DNA of 64,000 bases from the NCBI GenBank assembly GCA_000708835.1, contig DF237363.1:1-64000 (forward strand). The letters run 5' to 3'. How positions within the stretch are numbered: the first letter of the stretch is position 1; each line of letters opens with the position of its first letter. The notes below the pieces were generated by a model. It had not been told where the DNA came from. It saw nothing but the letters and a program-made list of their open reading frames with translations, and made no database searches. A program made the position numbers and the translations under genes. Below are positions 32,701 to 50,500 of this stretch, piece by piece. The stretch is from Klebsormidium nitens. Taxonomy: Eukaryota > Plantae > Klebsormidiophyceae.

Positions 32701-34850
32701 GCAGCATCACAGGACATTGGGCCCGTTCGTGAACCGCGTGCGCGCAAGCGCCTTCGGCCTTTAGCGAGCTCAGCGTACAGCTCGAGCAGGCCGCAACCCA
32801 GCCGTGGATGGCCTCCTTCCCGCGAGCGTCTAACGGCGGCACCGTCCCCTCAGGTTCCGCCGGTCGGCCCTGCCCTAAGATGGGCGCACGTGCTTGCTTC
32901 TCCCAGAAACTCTTGCCCCTTCTCCTCCGCTTGCCTGCAGGCGGCTCATGAGCACCCCCTTCTTCCTCTCGTCCCATGACTCGGGTTTCGTGACCCTCCG
33001 TCTCCATTGGGCGTGCCTCGCCGAACAAGGCCGCGTGCCGTTTGCAAAAGCACCCCTCTCCTGCACACGCCGCCCCTTCGTGTGGCCGCCTCTGAAGCAG
33101 CCCCAACAAGTATTGCTGCTCACCTGTGAGCTCCCCTCCTTCTCGAGGCACGAGGCTTTCCTGCGAGGCAACCTCTGCCGGTACCGCCTTTCCACCCCCG
33201 ATTTGCGGCAACTCCCCTTCGATCCATTTCTCTAACCAAGCAATTGCTGCCTTGGCAAATGGGGCCAATCCAAACGCCAGCCTCGCGCAGTCCGGCACAT
33301 CCCCTTTTGCAAGAGCAGCCCGCGCCGTGCTTATGTGGACGCACTCTGTTAGCGATGGGCAACCGTCCCTCTTCCCTTCGCAGTACCAATTTCCGGCAAC
33401 ACTGTGAAAGAGCATGCGCCGCTTGGGGCACGAGGGGCTTCTGGGGTTGTCGACCACCGCATAGTACGACCCCTTGCCGTCCCATGAGACCCGCTCGACG
33501 CTCACTCCCTGCCCAAGGGCCTCACTGGTCGGCAGCTCTCCGTTTGGAGCCCAGCTCTCGCTCAACGCCGCTAGAACCAGCTTGTGAACACACGGAGCGC
33601 TCTCCGTTAACCTTCCTCGATGACACGTGCAGCAGAGCACCCCAAGAGCGTTCCACCTCGCCATCTCCTGCAGCGCGTGGCTCTTGTCCGGCTTTCCCAG
33701 GGGTTTTGGCCGGCCAACTCCGTTATGGTCCCAAGCGCCCATGTACATCGACAGCAACGGTGCTCGAATGCTTCCGACTGGCAGGAAGATCTGGCAGTCC
33801 TTCCCCTCATCCACTCTCCTCAGGTAGCTCAACGCTTGAGCTTTTATGCTAGTTGCGGGTGCGCGCTCCTCTCCATTTGTTTCCTGCATGGGCCCAGAAG
33901 GTCGACAAATGATGCATATGCTCCATTGGGCAGCTCAAACGTAATGTTTCCAAATCGATCAAAATCACGCGTCTTGAAGAGGTCCTTAAGCTTGTGACCC
34001 CCCAAAATACAATCAGGTTTTCTATCGATAACTCTCAGGAGCACGTCAAAATTTCTGTCAGGCCTCTTCCTATTGATATTCCGAATGCACTGGCAAGTGT
34101 AACAATTCTCATGGAATTTGCAAAGCTCGGAGCTCCCTTTCAATCTGGCTTGCTGGGCCGCAGCTGTCATTTTGTCCTGATGCTACTAATGAAAGAAAAG
34201 AAGTTTGATGTCATTTGTCCTCACCGGCGCTTCAGGCTCGCGCACTCTTGGTTGCAATCCCTTGGCGCCACCTTTGTTGATAACCTGCTCAGCAGCCGTG
34301 AGCTGACGCTTTTTACGCTCTACGGTGCCCTCGTTCTGGCCTCTGAGAAACGAGATCAACGCGTCATCTAGCGCCAATACCTGCGTCCAGTAGCCAGCGG
34401 GATGCTGCTGTAGAATTGATGTGTTGGCACCATCATCCAGCCGCTCGCTTAACGCAATGGTCCTGCCGTCGGCTGCTTCCACAACCTTGCCAAGTAGCTT
34501 CCCTATGCAGCTGAGGCAAACAAGAGACCTGGCCTGCTTTGCTCGGGGCACCTTTGCGCTGATGAGATAGCCTCTCTGCACTCCATTGGATTGCTGTCCT
34601 TTCCGAAACGCCAGCCGCAAGCAGCCCTCTTCGTCCTTAACCCATAGCTGTTGTCTACATGTCAGGCACTTGACCGCAACGCGCTCTTGGCAGCTGGGGG
34701 AGTCAACCCTAAAGTGACCTGAAGCTATATGGTCGAATGTAGGTTTGTCTAACCTTATTCGTTCACCACTGCTAACCAAATCCACCTCTACTACAGCCAT
34801 TTCCAACCCCCACTGCCTCAGATGGGATGCCAAAGGGCGGCGGCCTCTCC
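29754..34850 (-). mobile_element. KDZ (Kyakuja-Dileera-Zisupton)-type DNA transposase gene with SWIM fingers and a CxC domain, spliced, one in-frame TGA at 31731-31733
   Basis: SWIM-like CCTCHRG..PCVH and WYCEGKRDGC..CVH; CSC..FDGEHFGL..TLF CxC domain; spliced CCSLCGPHPN|VLICDG (first D); GGYVFACPHRCIYG..GESPRD; VVHDNGCAL; FVVD|RFH; VNTSAVESVNS (E). Exons ~33886-32132, 31820-30280 and 30051-29754, plus an upstream exon at ~34850-34215. TIR/TSD not identified. Confidence 0.85.
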
Positions 34851-37800
34851 CTAAGTGCCTCTCTCTCCTCGGTCCGAACTTCCCGGGGCCTCGGTCCTAC
34901 CCTTTCAGCTTGGTCTCTTACCTCTAAGCCCCTCAACCGACCACTACCGTGACATGCCTCAAGGGGCCCCGGTCGCTTGTCCCTAAGTTCCGACCGATTC
35001 GATGCGCGGGTGATCGAACCTGTCCAGAATACTGCTGGGGGTGTGCTGACGTGGCGTCCTCTCCAGGTCATGTCACCAAACTTACCGTCACGGCAGAACC
35101 CGGCAGCATCGGTAACCGTCCCGTCACCGTCCGATTCTTCTGGAACGATCGTCACCGTCGAGAGAATGCCAAACACCCCTTGGTAGGCCCAGTGTGCTTC
35201 GCAAAGACTGAAGGATACCCAAAGTTGACGGCCCAGCCACGTGGGAGTGCGCGCGCGACACGTCGGCCGAAGTAGTTAATATTACTAGTGTCACGCGGCA
35301 GCTCAGTAACCATGCCAGATAGCATAAGCCGCAAGCATAAACGATGCAGATTCGCCAGACTACGGACAAGTTCCGACCAGCTACAGATTACGTCATACTC
35401 GGTTTCTGTTTGTTGTTTGCTAATAGCTGGCAGGATTCAGAGTAGCCACGCTTGACACGGGCTTAGAATCATTGGCATAAGCAAGGTCACGGTCACGTTA
35501 CAAACAACCTTGCTGCAAGCTGCCTAGCTAGCTGCAGTCCGTAGGTAGAAGCAGTCATATAAAGTTCAGCCCATGATAGACTAGATAAGAGTGCATCTCA
35601 GACTTAATTGAGGCCTGCGCGCCTTCAGAAACTGCTAGTATAAAAGGCCAGAACTTGGAACATTCCATTTTAATTCCTACTTCCAGCAATCCACGTTTGC
35701 CTAGGGCTAGGAATTCCCACTCAAGACGTTTCCTTACTACGATCAAACAAGCAGCTTTCAGCTCTCGTTGTCCTTTCACAGTCATCTTGCAGCATTCTTT
35801 GTCATAGCAAGGCAGTGGCCAGAGTGCATGACTTATATGAGCCCGACGGCGGGCGTTTGCATATGCAAATGACAAAGTGTGAATTGAAACGAAGCACTGA
35901 GCGTGCTCTTTGCAATTGAGATTGCAATGCTGATTTGAAACGAGTGGTACACCTATGGTGGTCACTGAACAATCACAGAGCTGATTGTTATACCATCAAA
36001 ACTTGGGTCCAGCGCGGCACAGCGCCGCGCTTGGACAAGCCCTCTGCTTTTCAGCAGATTTGAACCAACTGTGAGTTTATCAGTCGTGGCCATTGCATAT
36101 GACCTGACTGCCACCAATCCGACAGAAACGTGAACCCTTGATGTGATTCATGGGCGTTGTCTGAAAGCGTGAGCTAGAAATAGCAAGGAGGAAAGGAGCA
36201 GCTTCAGGGCTGCACCTCCAAACTTGACTCTTCCTTCACTGGAACATTAGCAGACCTATTGTTCCAACCCGACTGGTATGGGACAGTCCGGGGATAGTGA
36301 CTGAACGAGTATGCATGATTGATTTGCCAGAGCTTCCGCAATCTGATCTAAGTTGCAGCTGCACGCCGACCAGCGCGGCCGCAGCGCGCTGCCCGGTTTC
36401 ACAAAAGTTGAAGACTGAGCAACTAACTGAGCATACGCGCATAGAGTTTATCGACGGTCCAAAGGCCGGGACACGTCACCCGGCAGGATTAGCGGACCCG
36501 TCCTCTCTGGTGAAGCACACCAGGCACTGATTAGGTAACCATTTATTATACCTAAACGCCCCTAAAAGTGTGCATGACTACGTTGATCATAGCCTATGGG
36601 ACGTCGCCTGAAGCGGCACAGCACTGAGATTTCCGGTCGAGTTTTGTCGGGTTTGTACAGGATAATCGCTGAACAAACCCGCCTGCGCGCGCCGCGCAGT
36701 GGAGCGGTGTTCAATGCTTTTCTGACCGTCCAATTTGTAAAATCCGCTGTAGACGGCCAGCTTCCGCCACATTCGGCAAGCCAGGAGGCTATATGAGCCG
36801 CCGTTGATGTGGACACCAGCCATCCGTATAATCGGACGGACCGAAACAAGCCGTTGTGGCTTGATACGCTCTAGGTACCTGGAATCTCGGCGCACCGTGC
36901 ACCAGGACAACCACACTCGAGTTCAAATCCCCGGTTCACGGATGATGGATTCCAGATCGACGTGAACCGGGAGCTCCCGTGCTATTTGCAGGAAAACCCT
37001 TCGGGGATACCTCTAGCTTTCCTCAACGAAAGTAGGACTACAGAATATGGCAGGAGAACATCTAGCAAAAGACCAGCGGGGAAATATTTGCTTCCAGCGG
37101 TACCCGGTTCAATTGACGCCAGCTCCAGCTGACTCAGCCGATCGAATCAGGAGCCGCCGAGTACAAATTCGGATCAGGAAGAATCTCCGCAGTTCATGTG
37201 GCTTGTGCCTTCGACCCGGGGCAGGGCGAGACTACCACGCTATAGTGACTTTTATCCATAGCATGACACTTTCTTATTGTCTACGCGTCAAGACCACAAT
37301 TGTGTCAAGCACGTGGCTGATACTGGGAACGAAAAGTGCAACGCCTTGCCCGGGATCGTCCGACGTGGCTTTCTTGGCGGAACCTTTTCCGTGCAAGGTT
37401 CTTCACGCAGGCGAACTCCCCTCAATGCCATCGTTCAGCTCCTTCAGCTCCTTCAGCTCCTTCAGCTTCTTGCTACAGAGCGACGGTTTACGGAGCCCTT
37501 GTTTTTCTCTTGCCTCCACGCCTCCTGGGTGTCACCTACAGATTCCCAATTCCCTGCATGTTACGCAGAGCCCTTCTCGCAAATCAAGCGGAGCTGTCCA
37601 GCTGTTTACAATGGTGGACGCGGCAATGATCGCCCTCCTGTGGACGCAGCGTGGCCAGAACAAGCAAAAGTTGTAAGGGGCGACAATCTGATACTGAGCT
37701 ATTCTCCACAGCTTGGCAAGCCCTGCAGACGCGAGGAAGTTGAGCAAGTCGCTGTCAAATGAAAGACCGAATTTTCAATATAGATAATTCCTGCGGTCCT

Positions 37801-38122
37801 CCGAGTTTGTTTGACATTCTGGTTGTACAAAATGTCGCCAGATCATGGCAACGGCAATGGGTATTCGGCCTCAGGGTATACAGAGCTGGTTCACATCGCC
37901 TGCAATGGCCACAAGCACGATAGAACCTCTGGAGAAGGGACCTGAGAGCACAACCGATTGTCTCCTTTGTACAGTACAGTAACTAACAGGGACTTCCTGA
38001 TAACAGTTACATAGACGGGCAATCCTCAAGTACGAACTGTTTGAGCGGGACAGTTTTGTCAAAGAGAGTCCCAACCGCAAAGAATCGAGTTTGTACAAAT
38101 AGAAGACATTGTACTCATTAAC

Positions 38123-39163
38123 ATGGGTCACAGGCTGCTGTATATCTTTTTGGTAGCGATAGTGCTGGCCACTGCAATTCCGGCCAGGGCAGTGGAGGGG
38201 AGAGTGGATGGGCGGCTCTGTCCTTTTGAATTGGGCTTTGCCCCGTGCAACAATGCGAGCCGCCTCGTGTGCTGCCTGGGTAAGCTATTTTCACTGTGGA
38301 TTCAAAGTTGTTTTTGAAGCCGCTTTCTTTTCTGCGACGTTGACCTGCTCAAGGGGACGACTCTTTCTTGTTAACTGGCTTGTTTGTTTACTATGTGACC
38401 AAAAGGAGCTCTCCCTTATGTTTCTGTCCTGGTTAGGTGCATCTAATAACCCTTTTGGCAGATTGAGCATGTCCAGTCTCTGGCATTTTGTGTTAGCATG
38501 TCGCCTCCTGATTGTGCGTTGAACCCTGTCGTAGATTGCCATGGGTGTTTATTGGTCATTGATCTCTCAGCTTTTGGACCAAGTGCGTAATGTTGTCGTA
38601 TTGCATCACAAGCAGTTCTAGGAGTTGAACTTGTTGTGCAAGCAATCCTAGTATCATGGGAAGGGAGTTACAGGCGGCCACGTTGAATCTGGAATTGCCC
38701 TTGTGCAGGATCATGCGGTTCCCAGAACTGCTTTGAGGTTGACCAGCCTGACGCCATGAAAGCAAAGTCGCTGCGCAACACGGGTGTCACCATCTTCAAT
38801 CTCATAAAAGCCTTCAGCCAAGGCGACTGGGAGGCGGTAACCTCGCTGATGGCCGAAGGAGCCACGAGTAGCGGGCCAGGGTTTGAGGGGGGCTTGTCAG
38901 CTAAGAGCCCCCGAGCGCTGCAGTTGCAGCAGGCAGCGTTCACATATCAACCTGGCCAAGACTTGAGCTCGTCATTTCAAGTGCTGCAGTATGACCTTCT
39001 GGGGGGCAGCCCCCTCAAGAGCAGAGTGGTCGCGAGGCATCACACCAAGGCTTTTCAGTTTGAGGTGGATGGAACGTTTGAGTTAACCGATGTGGAGCCC
39101 GGGAAGAGGAAGTGGTTGATCAGGGAAGCTCATTTGAAGAACTTCCGGCCTTCCGGTTTTTGA
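38123..39163 (+). CDS. Secreted protein: signal peptide, small Cys-rich segment and SnoaL/NTF2-like domain (2 exons: 38123-38279, 38709-39163)
   Basis: MGHRLLYIFLVAIVLATAIPARA hydrophobic leader; in-frame junction ctgg|gtaag...gtgcag|ga; IFNLIKAFSQGDWEAVTSLMAEGA is a typical NTF2/SnoaL first helix. Confidence 0.65.
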
Positions 39164-40262
39164 GCCCATGGCGGGGCATCAGTTTTGTATGGTAGCTTTT
39201 TAGAACATTCTTGCGTGAACCTAGTGAGCATTCTTGGTTCATCCTTGTAATAAGGAGGTTCCTGAGCAGACCGCCTTGCGAGTCTTGAGGACTTGAGATT
39301 GCTGCGGCCATCTAGAAGGTTTGTAAGAAGTTTTGGTTTAAAACCGCTTTAGATCTATTGGTCTAGTGAGTGAGTGTAAAACATATGAGTTGCGTTGATG
39401 GAGTTTTGTTGGCCAGAGAGTTGAGGGGCTCGTGCCCTTTCCGGACCAAAGTGAGTGTAGCCGAAGTCTTCAAGTGTTAGTCTGAATAGTCGAGGCGAAG
39501 GTTGGAAGAAGATCAGTTGCACATTTTTGAGGCCCGTGCAAGTCTCTAGAGTAGTGAGAACGTTGTGGGATCCTTTCGTACCGAGTCTAATCTTTCAATG
39601 TGACCATCGCTTTGATGGCGCTTAGCATTGTGACAACTCAAAGGCAGTACCCCCCATGTGCTGATCATTGGCAAGTGCTTACCAGCTCATGCACTGAAGA
39701 ACGTTCTCTGACCTCCTGGTCAAATGAAATTCGAAAGCAAACAAAACCCCGACAGCATTTCAGACACTGAGTCAAGCCCATAGTTGGTCATCCTTGATCA
39801 GCATGAGACAATGGATAAAAGATTTGGCATGTTACAAATGTTAGGCCATTAAACAAGCATGGCGCCCATGATGCTGGACATGTGTCCCTTATAGGTCGCT
39901 GCAATATGACTAAATGAAGCCCAGTGGGTCCTCCCCTTGAATGTATTGTACATGCCATGGCGGCGTACTGCCTAATGATGCGTGACATGTGAATTTGGAA
40001 AAGTCACAGTGCGAATAGGATATACTTGCAGCTCTAGCTTATATCGTGCACAATCAGGTAAGTTATGCAAAGTTGGAATCATTAGGATCACATATTCGCA
40101 CAAGCTATACCGAGAGAATCAGTAATAGGTGCACTGACGGTGCAAATGATCTGGATTTCGATGGTACAGATTAGATAACATGATATCAATCAGCCCAATA
40201 TTATCTGCACTTGGCCGGGAGCTATTGGGTGAACATGCAAGCAAAGGTCAGAGGAAGATGCG

Positions 40263-42186
<1,924 letters not shown>

Positions 42187-42967
42187 CTATATTAGGTAGG
42201 TACAAAACGTGTCAAAGGGGGCAAAAAGCCTGGGGTAGGGCAATGCCAGGGCAATGCTCTCAAAAATCATGCACTCATGCACAATAAGCAAGACACCATC
42301 GCAGAAGAAGCAACTACCGTACCTAGGTCCTAGGTGAGGCCCTGAGGGCAAGGTCAAAGCAGTGCAAGGCAAAGTTTGCGTACGGTACCTATATCGACGG
42401 ATATAAGATCGTGACACAACATCTGACGGTCAGCACTCAGCAATTCTGCAGCTTGCATGCAACCTCGATCCTTCTATCGTCAAATCCGATGGACGAGATT
42501 GCATCAGGGCAGTTGAGTCAGTGCCTTGAAGGAGGCGGCCGGGCCACTTCTTGGCCCTTGCACATGACGTGATATTCATGAAGTGTCTAGTATCTACCAT
42601 CTTGACAAACCGGCCAAACCGGCGCCCTTCGTTGGGCTGCCAGATTGGATGCATGAATCTGTGCGTGCTAATAGAGATACTAAGGGCTGCAATTTTCAAC
42701 GTGATCAGATTGTTTGGAGATCAAGAGCGCAGTACTTCTAGTAATTTTGCCGGCATAAAAATTTGAGAAGCTGGTGCAACACCAAGAGTCCTTTCGAGCG
42801 AGCGTTCAAATGAGATAAGCCTTACACAACTGATTAGAAAGGCGAGAATTTGCTGACACTAGCCCATGGCTGATCGTACGATTGGAGCTTTCGTTTGCCA
42901 AACCCCCGGGTATCTCGACTCATGATCAGCAACTAAAGAATGTATTTGTTGATAACCTAGTAAATGA

Positions 42968-44990
<2,023 letters not shown>

Positions 44991-47561
44991 CTGTGCTAGA
45001 GAGCAAGTATACCTGCGGTTAGGGCCAGACAGTCATTGTGGCAACAACCTGATGGGAAGCTACAACAAAGTCGAATCAACTTCGTTGGAGAAGGAAGCGC
45101 AAATAGTGAAAGATGTTTTCTTCGTCGATGTTTTACTCGTACTGAAGAGTATTCATTGTCGACTATTATGCACTTTCGCCGAACTGCCAGTCAGTGAGCA
45201 GTCACCAGGCGCTTGGTCTGATTTACCAATCAATCAGATCCTCGTGTCAGATCGTGGAGGGAAAGGCTCGAATCTTCAACGATGCTTTACCCAATCTCGT
45301 CCCATGCTCTGGACTAGACTGTGGATCCTTTCAGCAATATTTGTTTAAACGACAATATTGAGAGGGGCATCTGGGGGCCTGGTACTCACAAACAGCCTGT
45401 ATTCAGGTCACCGGAACTTCTGATCAAGAGAAGCCGTTGGGCCGAGATGGTGACCCATCTCCAGCGTAGGCTGTGAGGGGTCCCTCTCATCATGTGCAAC
45501 AGCAACTTGAGTGAGTCGAGGGCCAACTTCAAGAAGGTCGACAGAAAGTCAGAGAGCACTTTCTTGTACTCATCTCAAAGGCTTACCAAGCTCGAAGGCT
45601 TTGACATGGCCCGACGGTGTCAGCGCCTCCCCATGCCCATCTTCTGCAGCCCGCACCTCGACTGCAGGATGTCCTGTGCGAAGAAGAGACTTTGAGACGA
45701 GGCAACTTTGTCTGTGAGCTTTCCAGACAGCTGCACCAGAGAATCGAAAAGCTACCCCTTGGTAGAATGTTGGAATTGTTGTGACGCCCTGATGCACGAT
45801 AAGGTGGCGCCAAGCAGGCCATCACAGATCGCACCCCGTGCGTTGCCCTAAAGAGACCTCTTTTTTCAAACTTGGCTATTGCTTAGAGGCGTCCACAATC
45901 CAATTTCATCAAGGTTACCATACTGATCTCCTGGACTCCTTAGGAGCATAGACGACCAACGTCTTGCAGAAACCCTTGGTGGTAAAAAGCGCCACAGCAT
46001 GGGGCTGACACCATGCTAAGCAGTGAACTTCTTCTACATGGGTAGAAACATATGGCTTTTTAAATTACCTTCCAGACAGGATTCTCGTGGATCAACTTGT
46101 GCAATCGAGCTTCTTTGTAGTCCTATGAGCTGAATTCACAGCTTAGAAGTGCCTGGAAGCTTTGATAGCATGAAGCGCCCCCGCATGAATGGAACTTAGC
46201 AAATCACAGGGACTGACCGAGGTGTATACAGAAAGGAGTTGCTCTCAAATATTGCTTTTTGGGTTCCCTAACTCAGCATTCCTAGCTCAGATTATATTTA
46301 TATGCGATCTTTTCTACAGGATCCATACGTACAACTTTTTGATTGATGTGATAGTCCTTGTCTCAGAATGACACCTACAAATAGCAACCAAACAAAGGTT
46401 TTCTTCTCATCGCAGCCTGCTTTGAAACAGTGCCCTTGAAGAATCTGCCACCAGATTGCTGATCCACACAAACAGCTCGCATGATCAAAGGGCCATTACA
46501 GCACGACTGCATTCAAGTGCAGGGTTTCCAGGAGGTCTATGAAGAGCAAATGCAGAGATCAGCACATGTGGGCGACACTAATGATTTGGTCTGTCCCCCC
46601 AACAACCTCAGAACTTGCATTGGTGCAGATAATTCTTCGAGATTTACCTTCATCACCCATCTGTTCCGCCACCTCCCTTCAGCCCCTTCTGCTCCAGCAC
46701 AGGCCCTTCTACAGAGAAGTAATGCAGCCCTGTGCGGACGACTTTCAGCTTGAGCAGCTCTTGGCAGCGACGCGACGTTCTCAATGCCAAAACTCTTCAC
46801 AGAAGGATTAGGTAATCAACTCATGACCCTTGATCCTAACATTGACAATCACAGCACGGGCATGCAGCTCCTCTGATCTGCGGTATCCTGGTGCCAATCT
46901 GACCTGAAGCCGGAGCTAGAAGGAACCGCAGGGTGGGAGCCAGGTGGGTGCACACTGTGCACAGTGTGGGAGGGTGCCTAAAATTTGTATACCGGTACGG
47001 CGAAACTGCATGACACTCTTTCACCCCCCTCCTTGCAAGGCTTCCCATAACATTCAATCGACGCGCGCGTTGAAACACCAGTGTCACTCAAGACCGGCGT
47101 CGGTTAAGGAGAAGAAAGACGAGAAGCTTGTTTGAGAGAGAATCGAAGTTGGAGCATCCGGTTTGCGTTTCAAGTTTGCCGCCGTGACCATTCGAATGAA
47201 ACGCGCACTTGTGCCAATAAAGCTCCTGTGCCAGTGGGGGGGCGTTGGGAAAAGAACTTTTAGTTGCTTCCAGAACGAGCTAGCAAGGAAACATTCCACC
47301 AGTTGTCTTTGAATTGCATCGCCTTTCCATGGCCATGGCCGGCTCAGCATCATTGGTGTTGCAGTTGAGACGATAATTGTGCTGCGCCGATGCTAAACAA
47401 GCTGAATCGTGTTTGGTGGCGTCGAAGAAAGTGCTGCTGATTCTCCGGCTGTGTTGCCCCTCTAGTCCCCACCTTTTTGGGGCATTGCTAATTTCAAATT
47501 GCAGCATTTCTGCGGTGATTTTTAGGTGAGATTAGAGAAGTCCTTGTTCTGCAGCCTTGAG

Positions 47562-50500
47562 ATGGGGTCAGCAAACGTTGCGGACCTTGACAAGGTATGG
47601 GAGATCAAGGTGTTGAAGAAAGAGAGAGCGGAGGAGGCTCGCAAGATGCTCGAAGCGGTGGCCAAGCAGGTGCAGCCAATCATGAGGAAAAGGAAGTGGA
47701 AAGTTAGAATGCTTTCAGAGTTCAGGTGTGTGTCGCCATTCGCTCTCTGCTGTCTGCTTCCTGACTTACATGTACATCCCAGTTTAAGGTTTTTCTTGTT
47801 CACAGTTGTTGAAATGTTTACAGTTGTTGAAGTTGTTGGGAAATTGCTAAGTGGAAAGGTTGGCACTTCCGTGCTCTGCATCTAGGATCCCTGTTGCATC
47901 CGTCATCTATCATCAAACTGATCAGTCCTCCTAGCTCAGTAACTTGGGGGCAAACTGGGGTGGTTCGTGCATGCTCTTCTCTAGGGCTAGAGGTGGTGGA
48001 GCATCTGACCCTGCAACACTGTAGTGAACTGGCTTTCAAAAGTCCGGAAAGATTACACTATGCAGAAACGCATGGGTTGTGCTGCAGCGGAGTGCGCACT
48101 CCTGTCAAATCCGCCTGATTGGCTCATTACACAGACCCCAATATCCTGCAGCTTCTAATACTGGCGTGATTGAGTGACCCTTTCCTCTTAGAAGAGAGTT
48201 AAAAACTGTCTTGACCTTATTCGTTGAGCTGAGTGATTGATTGTCTGAAACGGTGAACGGGCTGCGAGACTGAGTAAACGCATGAGTGGCCCCTTGAGTT
48301 TGTCACTGAGTCAGTGAGTGAGCCACCCTGAAGTTCCTCAGGCACGCAGAATTCATATATGTCAGATTATCAGAGCTTTGTAGTAATTGATCGTGACTCC
48401 CCTGCAGTCCCACCAACCCCGCCCTCCTGGGGCTGAACGTCAACCGCGGCCAGGAAGTGAAGATCCGGCTGCGTCCCCACAAGCGCGACTCCGAGTTCTA
48501 CCCTTGGGAACACGTGTTGGGAACCATGTTGCATGAACTCACGCATAACGAGGTCGGCCCTCACAACGCAAACTTCTACAAGTTGCTGGATGAGATTACG
48601 AAGGAGTGCGAGGATCTGATGGCCAAGGGGATATCGGGGTCGGGACAAGGGTTCGATGCGCGGGGGGTGCGGCTGGGAGGCGTGACGCACAACCCGCCAC
48701 CGACGAACCTGCGCTCGGTTGCGGCGAGGGCAGCGGAGAAGCGGCTCAAGGCGACGCAGGTTGGTTGATGTCTCTGTGGGTTGTTTTTGCTGGAGGGGTT
48801 TTCTGCACGCCATTCCAATCCGTAAACGCCAAACAAATAGACTGTGCTATCCCTGCGATTCAAAAGCATTCCTTCGCTGAACTGCGAGTGGCTTCTGAAA
48901 CGGTTGCTGCAAATCATCTTCCGAAGAGGAGAATGGCTTAGAGCGGTAAAGTCGACGGAGTTGATATGGTGTATCGTTTTTCTTATGAGTTTGGAAGCTT
49001 GTCTCAGGAGAATTCATGCCTGGCTGGTGGTTCCCGTTGATATCGTGAAAGTCGAAGTTTTGTTGTGAAGCTGCCATTTATTGTATAATCCCTCCCTTAT
49101 TACAGGTTTTTTCCACCCGTTGGGTTATATCGTGTAGACACACGTGTAGACGCACAGGAAGAGCTGTTTCGACGATGACAATCCCGTTATCCAGATCCGG
49201 CCAACGTACGGGGCCTTGCTCTTGATCCGACCACAGACTTTGCTAACACATATCCTTGACATTTACCCCCCCCCAGAAATAGCAGATGGACTTCCAGCGT
49301 CAGACCACGAGAAATCCTGGCTTTCAGAGAACTAGTGCTTTCAAAACACGGCTCAAAAGGTTCCGAAGATGTCTCTCTCAAAGAAGCCAAGAGTTGGTTT
49401 TGAGGATTTCCAACTTTTTTCAAGATTATGGACATGTCGTGTTTACAGGTGATGCCAAGCGGACCCCGCAAGCTGGGCGGCGACCGTGGCCTGATGCGCG
49501 ACCTTCCTCCGGGCGTAGCTGCCGCAATGGCCGCCGAGCGCCGCGCCGCTGACGACAAGTGGTGCGCAGGAGCTGCCACCGCGCAGAACGAGTCGGACGA
49601 GGCAGGGGTCCGGGCGACGCAAGAGGCGGAGCGGGGAGGAGGGAGTGCTGGCGAGACGAGTGGCTCGGGCGGGGGCGATGCTCAGCAAAGAAGAGGGGTG
49701 ATGTCTGCAGTGAACGGCAATGTGAATGGTGCTAGTGGGGCGAGTACGAGCGGGTCGGGAAGGGTGGGACTGGGCGGTTTGGAACGGGGGAATGGTTTGG
49801 GCGGGGCTCGACAAGCATCACGACCAGGGGAGATGGCGAGAAAGGACGTTGGTATTGACGGGAAGACGGAAAGAGTGGGGGCCGTGCAACGTGCGGGCAA
49901 AGAGGTGGAGAACGGGGGAGGAGGAGTGGCGGAAGCGTTGGCAGCGGCGGCGGAAAGGAGGAAGCGGAAGCAGGCGGGCGAAGACTGGGAGGCGGGACGT
50001 GGCTGGGCCTGCTCGGTTTGCACGCTTGAAAACAACGTGAGTCCGATGTTTCGCCGTTGCTGTTTGTCGTCGTCTTTGAATTGCCTCTTCTTTTTTTGCC
50101 CTATCTTGCTTCACATTCCGGCAGGACGTTGATTTGCGACTGCATTCTGCACGACTCGAAAGCTTGTTCTGATCGTCCTGGACTTTCTGATTCTTTGAAG
50201 GGCGTCGATGATGGTGTGATCAAAGTCGATCCTTGTGATGGGGCTTTTCGCTTGCTGATTTGGCGCTTGGTCGCTTCCGCTGCATTTGTGAACCAGCCAA
50301 TATGCATCTAATTCGATATCGGGCAGACTTGGTGTGGTTGGGAGATGCAAAACATCTATTTTGCTTGGTCCTGATAAGCGCATTATTTCGGTTGAGAAAG
50401 AGTGGTTCCAAGCCTTGGCTTTCCCGAGACAGTACTCCTCCGTTCGTTTTGGGCCATTTTCGATGCTTTGATCTTCCCATTTTACCTTTGATTTGAAGCG

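Noticed and set aside
36915-36935. tRNA or SINE suggested by gagttcaaatcc (B-box/T-loop-like)
   Set aside because: No pairing T-stem, A box or cloverleaf can be formed.
37430-37470. (cagctcctt)n 9-bp tandem and the surrounding ORFs
   Set aside because: Short minisatellite; the overlapping ORFs have no recognisable domain.
45480-46800. Possible extra 5' exons of GSDA (e.g. GHPAVEVRAAEDG, MKSFGIENV...)
   Set aside because: Splice-like signals exist but I could not build a phase-consistent chain.
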